Positions 1 through 7,647 of a stretch of 14,324 nucleotides of DNA are shown here, one piece after another. Within the stretch, counting starts at the first letter, position 1. Each line of letters opens with the position of its first letter. A model generated the notes under the pieces. The model was not told the origin of the DNA. It saw only the letters and a program-made list of their open reading frames with translations, and searched no databases. Source of the DNA: a candidate division WOR-3 bacterium (GTDB lineage: Bacteria > Hydrothermota > Hydrothermia > LBFQ01 > DSFT01); NCBI GenBank assembly GCA_965649115.1, contig CBFGJN010000047.1:1-14324 (forward strand). The letters are read 5' to 3'. Both the position numbers and the translations under genes were made by a program.

Positions 1-217
1 CAACTCGCCTGCATGAAGACGGAGTCACTAGTAATCGCCTATCAGCTATGGGGCGGTGAATACGTTCTCGGGCCTTGCACACACCGCCCGTCACGCCACG
101 GGAGTCGGGGGTACCCAGAGTCCCACTCTAATAAGTGGGATGAGGGTAAACCCGGCGACTGGGGCGAAGTCGTAACAAGGTAGCCGTACGGGAACGTGCG
201 GCTGGATCACCTCCTTT
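1..217 (+). rRNA. rrs: 16S rRNA, 3' end (partial)
   Basis: Conserved GCACACACCGCCCGTCA, AAGTCGTAACAAGGTAGCCGTA and anti-SD end GGATCACCTCCTTT (204-217). Confidence 0.99.
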
Positions 218-290
218 TATAAGGAAAATTTAAAGGGTATGCTACCGGGTCTGTATATGGCCTAGTCTTAATTCTCCCATAATCCTATTA

Positions 291-362
291 GGGGCGGTAG
301 CTCAGTGGGAGAGCGTCCGTTTCGCAAGCGGAAGGTCGCCGGTTCAAATCCGGTCCGCTCCA
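291..362 (+). tRNA. tRNA-Ala(CGC), no encoded CCA
   Basis: Cloverleaf: acceptor GGGGCGG/CCGCTCC with G3:U70, D arm GCTC/GAGC, anticodon arm TCCGT-TT CGC AA-GCGGA (anticodon 323-325), T loop TTCAAAT, discriminator A362. Confidence 0.97.
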
Positions 363-1321
363 AAACTCATTCCAAAATCACCTATAATAGTTTTCCCAAT
401 AAAATTCTTTATATAAACATTTGAACCAATAACCGAATTTTCAATAATTGAATTTTCTATTATTGTATTTTCCATAACTATTGAATTTTTTATAATGGAG
501 TTTATAATTTTACAATTTTGGGAAATATCAACAAATTGACCTATAATTGAATTTTCAATAGTGCAATTTTCAGCTATAAAAACAGGTTCAAGAATTTTTG
601 AATTTCTTACATTTGAAAGGATTTTTGAAGGGTTTTTATTTAAAATGTAAATCATAGTTTCAAGATAAGTTTCTATTTTTCCACAATCCTGCCATTCATC
701 AATTTTAAAAGCCCTAATTTTATAGTTTTCTATCAAAATTTTAAAAGCATCTGTTAATTGATATTCACCTTTTGTTTTAATATCTTTTCTATATAAAGTT
801 TCAATTGCTTCTTTAAGTTTATTACTATTTTTTATATAGTAAATACCACAAATAGCTAAATTAGTCTTGGGATTATCAGGTTTTTCTTCAAGGTCAATAA
901 TGTAATTGTCTTTAACTAAAACAACTCCAAATCTTCTTGGGTCATCTACTTGTTTAACAGCTATGAAACTTTCATCAAATGTGAATTGGCCGTCATAAAG
1001 AGCATCAGGTAAAACAATTAAAACATCTTCTTCTACTTTTCTCAATCCTTTATAGACAGCATCAGCTAATCCTAAGGGTTTTTCTTGAATTTCATAAGTT
1101 GTGTTATGAAATAAATTTTTTAAAAATTCATAGGTTTTATAACCAAATTCATCGTTTGAAATCACTAATATAATTTCTTCAAAATTCGCCCATTTTTTTA
1201 ATCCTTCAAACAAGTGTTCAATTATTGTCTTTGAATAAATTCTTAAAAGTGATTTTGGTCTATATAAACTAAAAGGTCTTAATCTTGTTCCCTTTCCCGC
1301 AGATGGTAAAATTAATTTCAT
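344..1321 (-). CDS. Sugar-phosphate nucleotidyltransferase (long-form glucose-1-phosphate thymidylyltransferase-like) with C-terminal hexapeptide beta-helix
   Basis: N-terminal LPSAGKGTRLRP..PKSLL motif, QEKPLGLADA, EEKP, GEYQLTDA, WQDCG; C-terminal IxNSII repeats. Confidence 0.9.
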   Translation of the reverse strand: MKLILPSAGKGTRLRPFSLYRPKSLLRIYSKTIIEHLFEGLKKWANFEEIILVISNDEFGYKTYEFLKNLFHNTTYEIQEKPLGLADAVYKGLRKVEEDVLIVLPDALYDGQFTFDESFIAVKQVDDPRRFGVVLVKDNYIIDLEEKPDNPKTNLAICGIYYIKNSNKLKEAIETLYRKDIKTKGEYQLTDAFKILIENYKIRAFKIDEWQDCGKIETYLETMIYILNKNPSKILSNVRNSKILEPVFIAENCTIENSIIGQFVDISQNCKIINSIIKNSIVMENTIIENSIIENSVIGSNVYIKNFIGKTIIGDFGMSFGADRI

Positions 1322-1902
1322 TTTGTATTGCTTCCTATTACAATACCTAAAACAGCACCTGCTAAAACATCTGAAAACCAGTGTTGATCTTTATATATTC
1401 TTGCTAAACCTGTTCCAAAAGCAATAGAATAGCTTAAAATTCCCAAAAATTTATTATATTTATAAATATGACTTGATGTATTAAAAGCAACTATTGTATG
1501 ACCTGATGGAAAGGATTGATAATCATTATTTAGATTAAATGGACTAAAATAAACTGAGCCTTGATTCAAATATGGTCTTGCTCTACCAATAATGAATTTT
1601 AATCCCAATACTGTCACCCCACTAATTATAAAACTCTTAATTCCAGATTTGGAGAATTCTTCAATTTTTTTATCATTTTTTACTTTTGAATATAAATAAA
1701 GCAATCCATAACCCAATAAGTGATATTGACCTTCACCAAATTCATTAAAAAAATTAAATGTTTTGTCTAAGAATTCGTTCCTATTTCTTGAAAAATAATT
1801 TCTAAAATTTTCATCCACATAATAAAAGCTATAAGGAGTTAAAAAATAACTTATAGAAATTAAGCTCATTTGATAATCACTAATGGAGATTAGGAATATC
1901 AT
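1318..1902 (-). CDS. PAP2-family membrane phosphatase
   Basis: All three PAP2 motifs: KFIIGRARP, FPSGH, ARIYKDQHWFSD; hydrophobic helices. Confidence 0.93.
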   Translation of the reverse strand: MIFLISISDYQMSLISISYFLTPYSFYYVDENFRNYFSRNRNEFLDKTFNFFNEFGEGQYHLLGYGLLYLYSKVKNDKKIEEFSKSGIKSFIISGVTVLGLKFIIGRARPYLNQGSVYFSPFNLNNDYQSFPSGHTIVAFNTSSHIYKYNKFLGILSYSIAFGTGLARIYKDQHWFSDVLAGAVLGIVIGSNTK

Positions 1903-3440
1903 ATTTTACTTCCTAATCTTATTATTGCCTTTTTAGCACGAATATTATTTTGATCTAATTTTAAAATCTCTGACCATAAATTTAATGCTTCCTTATATCT
2001 TCCTTCTTTTTCAAGCTGAATTGCTTGAACTTCTTTTTGAGCAATTTGAAGGTAAAATTCAGCGCTTGGATTTTTTGGATCTTCTTTTAAAATGTCCATA
2101 GCCAGCTTGATTGTTCCTTCTAGATCTCCCTTATCCTCATACAACTCTTTTAATTTTAGAGCATAATTTAAAGAAACACCTTCTAATGTTCTTTCCTGTT
2201 TTTGAGCTGTAATATCAACTTTACCAATTTCAGGAACATCAATTTTAATATCTGAACTAATTGTAGGTTCTTTGGTTTTAGGAACTTTTAGTTGTGGTTG
2301 TTCCTCAATTTTCGTTTCTAAATTTATACTCGTTGTTTCTACTTTACTTTGAACTATTTCAATTAATTTTTTTGCTTCCTCTTCCTTACCCTGCTCTTTT
2401 AATGCTTTAGCAGTTGAAATATATTCACTTAAAAGTCTTGCTTTTAAAATTTTAGCATAGATCTCTTGAAATAGTTTATCATCTGAAAGAGTTTTTTCTA
2501 AATTCTTTAATTCTTCTTGCAAAGAAGCTAAATTTAATTTATTTACTTCATTTTTAATTTTTAAAACTTTCTCCCAAGCTTTTAACTTATTACTTGCTAA
2601 ATTTCCTATTATTTCTAAATCAGGAAAATTTTTAATTTTTTTAGCATTTTCAATTTCATAAATAGCATATTTCAATAAACTTATTTTTTCGTCTATACGA
2701 TTTGTTTCAAATGATTGATTAATAGCTTCTTTTGCGTTATTATAGTGATAATAGAAAGCGTTTATTCTGTTTGATGTCCAAATGTAGGTTATTAAAATTG
2801 TTAAGAGAATTAACATTATTGTTAAAATGATAAAAATTGCTCTTTTTGATGGTTTTTTGTAAATTTCATGCTCGGGTTTTTCCTTTGGATTTACAAATAG
2901 CAATCTTGTTTTTCCTATTACAATCTCATCACCACTTTTTAATTCTTTCTTTTTATATATTTTTCCATTTATTATCGTTGGATTTTTTGCTTGTAAGTCT
3001 TCCCAAATAATTTTACCATCTAAAATCTCTATTTTTGCATGTCTTCTTGAAACATATTCATCTTCAATAATATAATCAGCATTTACTTCTCTTCCAATAA
3101 TACCAGATTTTTCAATTTTTATCATACTTCCAACATGAGAGCCAACAATAATTCTAAAATATGGATTTTCTATTTTTTTCATATTAATTTTTATTTTAAA
3201 ATCACCAATTTCAATAATGTCATTATCTTTTAAGTCAAACTTTCCAATTACTGGCACACCATTCAATTTGATTTCCGACAAACTATTACCAATCCATTTT
3301 CCTTCTATATATGAAAAACTTAAATGTCTTGGAGCAAATTTTGGATTTACATAATCGCAATTTTTATCACTTCCAATAGTAAAATTTGTTTTATTTATTT
3401 TAATTTCACTATCACCTATTATTAGATTTAACTCATCCAT
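1899..3440 (-). CDS. Membrane protein with two FHA domains, one TM helix and TPR-like C-terminal region; start re-called to ATG 3440
   Basis: FHA2 IIGR..VSRRHA..NPT; FHA1 IGS..FAPRH; TM AIFIILTIMLILLTILITYIW; TPR-like ALNLWSEILKLDQNNIRA. The track start at 3560 lies inside a mobile element. Confidence 0.8.
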   Translation of the reverse strand: MDELNLIIGDSEIKINKTNFTIGSDKNCDYVNPKFAPRHLSFSYIEGKWIGNSLSEIKLNGVPVIGKFDLKDNDIIEIGDFKIKINMKKIENPYFRIIVGSHVGSMIKIEKSGIIGREVNADYIIEDEYVSRRHAKIEILDGKIIWEDLQAKNPTIINGKIYKKKELKSGDEIVIGKTRLLFVNPKEKPEHEIYKKPSKRAIFIILTIMLILLTILITYIWTSNRINAFYYHYNNAKEAINQSFETNRIDEKISLLKYAIYEIENAKKIKNFPDLEIIGNLASNKLKAWEKVLKIKNEVNKLNLASLQEELKNLEKTLSDDKLFQEIYAKILKARLLSEYISTAKALKEQGKEEEAKKLIEIVQSKVETTSINLETKIEEQPQLKVPKTKEPTISSDIKIDVPEIGKVDITAQKQERTLEGVSLNYALKLKELYEDKGDLEGTIKLAMDILKEDPKNPSAEFYLQIAQKEVQAIQLEKEGRYKEALNLWSEILKLDQNNIRAKKAIIRLGSKI

Positions 3441-3484
3441 CTCAAAAAACTTTAAAATTTTAAAGGATATAAAATCTATCTTTT

Positions 3485-3599
3485 GGCTTTGTCTAGTAAT
3501 TTTTGCCCCCATTAGATCCCCCATAAAATCAATAGTTTTATTGAAATTTTCGTAAGTCATTGATAATCAAGCATTTAGCAATAATTACTGGACAAAGCA
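3485..3599. mobile_element. MITE-like element A (115 bp) with TIRs and 9-bp target-site duplication
   Basis: TIRs GCTTTGTCTAGTAATT (3486-3501) and reverse complement GCTTTGTCCAGTAATT (3583-3598), 15/16; flanked by CTATCTTTT at 3476-3484 and 3600-3608. Confidence 0.88.
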
Positions 3600-3608
3600 C
3601 TATCTTTT

Positions 3609-3752
3609 TGCTGTGTCCAATAATTCTCAAAATATATATTTTGCCTACTCAACCTAAATTTAAGCCTTCGTCTTAAAACTACGTCCCCCAATAATTCCCC
3701 CCTAAAAACTATAATTTCAGAAAATTTTTTGCATGATTTATTGGACAAAGCA
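3609..3752. mobile_element. MITE-like element B (144 bp), same TIR family
   Basis: TIRs TGCTGTGTCCAATAATTC (3609-3626) and reverse complement TGCTTTGTCCAATAAATC (3735-3752), 16/18; homologous copy near 10580-10673; no own TSD seen. Confidence 0.8.
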
Positions 3753-3834
3753 TAACCCATCCTAAATAAAGCACTGCTTTATCACTAAGCAAAATAGAAG
3801 AATTATTAAGCTTTAAAATTTATAACCTAACAAT

Positions 3835-4926
3835 ATGGCAAAAGCCAAGAAAAATTATTATGAAATTTTAGGAGTTAGTCCGAATGCTACACAAGAAGAA
3901 ATTAAAGAAGCATATAGAAAATTAGTTCTTAAATATCACCCTGATAAAGTTCCTCCTGAAAAGAAAAAAGAAGCAGAAGAAAAATTTAAAGAAATTTCAG
4001 AAGCTTATGAAGTTCTCTCTGATCCTGAAAAAAGAAAATTATATGACACTTATGGAACAGCTGACTTTTCAGATTATAGCAATTATAATTTCAACTTTCA
4101 AGATTTCTTTTCAAGACATTATGATGATTTAAGAGATATTTTCGGGGATTTCTTTTCAGATATATTTGAAAACTTATTTAATGTCCGAGGAACAAAAAGA
4201 ACTTATAGAGAAAGAGGGAAAAGCATCCTATATAGACTTGAATTAAGTCTAGAAGAAATTGCAAAGGGAATAACAAAAGAAATTGAATACAATAGGTTTG
4301 TTAAATGTGAGCAATGCTTAGGATTAGGAGGAAAAGAAAGAACTTGTCATGTTTGTTCAGGTTCAGGATATGTTATAAAATCTTCACGAACATTTGGTTT
4401 TCTCTTTCAAACGCAATCAGTTTGTCCAAATTGTTCAGGAACAGGTTATGAAATATATCAAAGATGTTCACATTGTGATGGTTTAGGAATTGTAAAAAAG
4501 AAAGAAAAAATAAAAGTTGAAATTCCAAGGGGTGTTAAAAATGGTGAAAGAATTGTTATTAGAGGTAAAGGAGATGCAGGACCAAGAGGTGGAGACTATG
4601 GAGATTTATACATTGAAATTATTGAAAAACCACATGAAATATACAAAAGAGTTGGTGATGATTTAATTATGAATTTAAAAGTTAAATTAACGCAAATTGT
4701 TCTTGGTGATGAAATTGAACTAACAGATATTATGGGAGAAAAATTCAAAGTAAAAATTCCTAATTCATTCAATATAAATGAAATGCTTGTTATTAAAGGC
4801 AGAGGTATGCCAAATAGTTATGGAAAAAGAGGGGACCTAAAAATTAAACTAAATATAGACATTCCTAAAAACTTAGATAGTAAAGCAAAAAAATTATTTG
4901 AAGAACTTAAAAAGTTAGGTTATTAA
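3835..4926 (+). CDS. dnaJ: Chaperone DnaJ (class A)
   Basis: J domain with HPD, DIF motifs, four CxxCxGxG zinc-finger motifs, C-terminal domain (GDLY, KGRGMP). Confidence 0.95.
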   Translation: MAKAKKNYYEILGVSPNATQEEIKEAYRKLVLKYHPDKVPPEKKKEAEEKFKEISEAYEVLSDPEKRKLYDTYGTADFSDYSNYNFNFQDFFSRHYDDLRDIFGDFFSDIFENLFNVRGTKRTYRERGKSILYRLELSLEEIAKGITKEIEYNRFVKCEQCLGLGGKERTCHVCSGSGYVIKSSRTFGFLFQTQSVCPNCSGTGYEIYQRCSHCDGLGIVKKKEKIKVEIPRGVKNGERIVIRGKGDAGPRGGDYGDLYIEIIEKPHEIYKRVGDDLIMNLKVKLTQIVLGDEIELTDIMGEKFKVKIPNSFNINEMLVIKGRGMPNSYGKRGDLKIKLNIDIPKNLDSKAKKLFEELKKLGY

Positions 4927-4927
4927 C

Positions 4928-4949
4928 ATGCTTTAAAATTTTCAAACTT
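4928..4949 (+). promoter_or_regulatory. Putative promoter of tRNA-Glu (-10 TAAAAT at 4934-4939)
   Basis: ATGCTTTAAAATTTTCAAACTT, near-identical to the block upstream of tRNA-Phe, which has a perfect TATAAT. Confidence 0.65.
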
Positions 4950-5021
4950 GCCCCCATCGTCTAGCGGCTAGGACACCACTCTTTCAAGGTGGAGGCAGGG
5001 GTTCGATTCCCCTTGGGGGCA
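4950..5021 (+). tRNA. tRNA-Glu(UUC), no encoded CCA
   Basis: Acceptor GCCCCCA/TGGGGGC, anticodon arm CCACT-CT TTC AA-GGTGG (4983-4985), T arm AGGGG-TTCGATT-CCCCT, discriminator A5021. Confidence 0.97.
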
Positions 5022-5444
5022 TTGAAAAATTTTTTAATTGTATTTATTTTAATATCCTGTCAAGCATATAAATTAGGTCATCAAGAAGAGTTAATTTTAG
5101 CAGTTTCAAAAGGACAATTAAGTAAAGTTAAAGATTTAATAAAGAGAGGAGCAGATGTAAATACAAAAGATAAAGATGGAAAAACAATTTTACATATTGC
5201 TATTGAAAATAATTACGAAGATATAGTTAAATTTTTAATTCAAAATAAAGCTGATGTCAATATAAAGGATAATGATGGAAATACTCCATTACATTTAGCA
5301 ATTAAAAACAATAATGATTTTATTGTAAAATTACTAATAAAAGCAGGAGCTAAAAAAGATATTAAAAATAATGAAGGTAAAACGCCATTAGATTTAGCAA
5401 AAGAAATAAACAATCCCGAAATTTTGAAACTTTTAAATGAATGA
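5022..5444 (+). CDS. Ankyrin-repeat protein, probable lipoprotein; start re-called to TTG 5022
   Basis: Ankyrin consensus GKTILHIA, GNTPLHLA, GKTPLDLA with ADVN linkers; N-terminus MKNFLIVFILIS-C resembles a lipoprotein signal; the track GTG at 4989 is inside the tRNA. Confidence 0.85.
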   Translation: MKNFLIVFILISCQAYKLGHQEELILAVSKGQLSKVKDLIKRGADVNTKDKDGKTILHIAIENNYEDIVKFLIQNKADVNIKDNDGNTPLHLAIKNNNDFIVKLLIKAGAKKDIKNNEGKTPLDLAKEINNPEILKLLNE

Positions 5445-7534
5445 TTTTTCTATTTATATTTTGGCTAATTTTATTTTTACCAATCATCTTCCTTTCAAAT
5501 CCCTTATTTGACGACACAATAGAGGAATTTTATCCAAATTTTTACTTTATAACTGAACAATTAAAAGACTTAAAATTACCATCATTTAACCCTTATTTTT
5601 TCTCAGGTCATCCTGTTATCCATAATGTCCAGCTTTTTGAGTTCAATCCATTATTTTTAATAAGAAATTTTATCGGAATTTTCAATAATTCAATTTATGT
5701 TTTCAATTTACTTATTAGTTTAAACTATCTTCTTGCTTTAATTTTCTCTTATCTTTACTTTAAAAAATTAAAATTTAAAAAAGAGGAAATAGCAATTTTT
5801 GGTTCAATAATATTTACCTTTTCAACATGCTATATTTTTACAATTATTCATCCTCACACTTATGACTTTATACCTTTCGTGCCATTAGTTTTGTACTTTT
5901 TAGATGATAAACCTTACTTATCTGCTTTATTTATGGGTTTTGCATTTCATTCAGGACATCCTCAAAAACCTATTTATCTTCTAATTTTGATTTTTATTAT
6001 CTATCTCTTTAAAATTCTTGAAAATAGAAGAGAAGTTTTTAAATTTATTTTATTTTTAATAGTTTTTTTACCTTTTGTTTTCTCATTTTATTTTCAAGGA
6101 ATTGATTTATTTACAATTAGCAAACGAGTTGAAAATGATTTAAAATTTCTCCTTGAAATGTCTTTTCATTTTGACAGAATAATAACTTTAATTATTCCAA
6201 AGTTTTATGGCTCAGTTGAAAGTGAATATATCGGTGGTCCATATTATTTTTATACCGAAATGACATTTTACTTTACAATAATTGGATTATTGCTTGCTAT
6301 TTATGGTTCATTAAAAAATTACAAAGATAAATTTGTTCTTTCAATAATATTTAGTGCTTTTCTTTTATTTCTTTTAGCACTTGGAGACCAAAATGTTATC
6401 ATAAAATTTTTATATGAAAGTGGAATTATTAAAGGTATCAGAAATCCTGCAAGAGCATTATTTATATATCCAATAATCATTTCAATTCTTGCTTGTTATG
6501 GTTTAAATAGTCTTTTAAAGGAAAGAAAACTAAATCAAATTAACTATATTGTTTTGGGAATTTTATTTATTTTTTTACTATTTTTGCCATTTATTCCAAA
6601 AGAAATTGATATTTCAAATGAAATTTTCAAATTTTTCATATTTTTAGCACTTTCATATGTTTTAATTTATGGTTTTTTAAAGAAAATTTTAAGTGAAAAA
6701 CTATTTTTATATAGTGTTATTTTGATTGCTTTTATTGACTACTATCTTATTAGTGGTTCTTATTTAAAAATAAGAAAATTTGAAGATGTTTATGCTTATT
6801 ATAGTCCAAATTTTGTTAATCAACTAAAAGCTAATAATTTAGGAGAATATCGTATAAATTCAAGGTTTTATAAAGGTCTTACACTTCCAAGAAATTCAGG
6901 TTCTATAAATAAATTGGAGTTAATAGAAGGTTATGACCCATTAGTTTCTAAATTTTATACTGATTTTCATGATTATATTATTAGAAGAAATGAAGGATTT
7001 GAAAATTTATTAAGAATGGCGAATGTTAGATATTATATAACAGATAGTGGATTTTTGGAATTAAAAAATTACTTACCAAGAGCATATATTGTTCATTGTG
7101 TAAAAATTATTAAAGATAGTTTTGAATTTTTTTCAAATGCTAAAAATTTAGAGCCTCAAAGATGTGTTTATTTATCTAATAAACCAAGCAAAAATTATAA
7201 TTTAGGAAAAAATTATGAAAATGTTAAAATTTTGAAATATAATTCAAGTGAAATTTTATTAGAATATGATATAGATGAAGATGGAATTTTAGTTTTAAGT
7301 GTTAATTATTATCCTTATTGGAAAGCAAAACTAAATGATAAGGAAGTCAAAATTTTGAGAGCAAATTGGACATTTATGGCAATTGAAGTTCCAAAAGGTA
7401 AAAACATCGTTAAATTTTATTATGATATAACTAAATTTTTTATAAGTTTAGATTTTTGGGCTTTGGGAATAATTTTATCACTAATTTTTGCTTTGTATAG
7501 AAAGAGGATAAAAGCTCTAAATAAAGTTAAGTAA
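5441..7534 (+). CDS. YfhO-like polytopic membrane glycosyltransferase (GT-C fold)
   Basis: Many TM helices, FYP..FNPYFFSGHP, RNPAR, GYDPL and the YfhO-type C-terminus YYPYWKA..ANWTFMAIEVPKG. Confidence 0.8.
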   Translation: MIFLFIFWLILFLPIIFLSNPLFDDTIEEFYPNFYFITEQLKDLKLPSFNPYFFSGHPVIHNVQLFEFNPLFLIRNFIGIFNNSIYVFNLLISLNYLLALIFSYLYFKKLKFKKEEIAIFGSIIFTFSTCYIFTIIHPHTYDFIPFVPLVLYFLDDKPYLSALFMGFAFHSGHPQKPIYLLILIFIIYLFKILENRREVFKFILFLIVFLPFVFSFYFQGIDLFTISKRVENDLKFLLEMSFHFDRIITLIIPKFYGSVESEYIGGPYYFYTEMTFYFTIIGLLLAIYGSLKNYKDKFVLSIIFSAFLLFLLALGDQNVIIKFLYESGIIKGIRNPARALFIYPIIISILACYGLNSLLKERKLNQINYIVLGILFIFLLFLPFIPKEIDISNEIFKFFIFLALSYVLIYGFLKKILSEKLFLYSVILIAFIDYYLISGSYLKIRKFEDVYAYYSPNFVNQLKANNLGEYRINSRFYKGLTLPRNSGSINKLELIEGYDPLVSKFYTDFHDYIIRRNEGFENLLRMANVRYYITDSGFLELKNYLPRAYIVHCVKIIKDSFEFFSNAKNLEPQRCVYLSNKPSKNYNLGKNYENVKILKYNSSEILLEYDIDEDGILVLSVNYYPYWKAKLNDKEVKILRANWTFMAIEVPKGKNIVKFYYDITKFFISLDFWALGIILSLIFALYRKRIKALNKVK

Positions 7535-7622
7535 TTGATAGTTAATAATTTATGAAAAATCTTGTAAAACTACTGTTTTTATCGGGGGTTTAAAAATGGG
7601 GTTTTACAAGGCAAAAGTTATT
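7528..7622. repeat. Degenerate copy of the element A interior, opposite orientation, TIRs not recognisable
   Basis: GAAAAATCTTGTAAAACTACTGTTTTTATCGGGGG aligns with the reverse complement of A (GAAAATTTCAATAAAACTATTGATTTTATGGGGG); the 25-nt palindrome at 7528-7552 matches 3553-3577 at 20/25. Confidence 0.65.
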
Positions 7623-7647
7623 AATTATTTTCCTTTAAAATTTTACT

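Noticed and set aside
360..362. Encoded CCA tails on tRNA-Ala (and tRNA-Phe)
   Set aside because: The apparent CCA is C71-C72 of the acceptor stem plus the discriminator A
3441..3560. N-terminal 40 aa of the 553-aa track ORF
   Set aside because: The start lies inside element A and the extension crosses its TIR and TSD; ATG 3440 begins the FHA domain and has the -10-like box upstream
3485..3752. CRISPR array
   Set aside because: The repeats alternate in orientation with irregular long spacing, and there are no cas genes
3575..3760. 61-aa minus-strand ORF
   Set aside because: Almost wholly within elements A and B, with no recognisable transposase or other motif
3575..3790. CIRCE operator before dnaJ
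   Set aside because: TTAGCA and AAAGCAC partial matches exist, but there is no TTAGCACTC-N9-GAGTGCTAA; the 9-bp-spaced palindrome is explained by TIRs plus TSD
4989..5021. GTG start of the ankyrin ORF
   Set aside because: It lies inside tRNA-Glu and would precede the signal-like sequence with a tRNA-derived peptide
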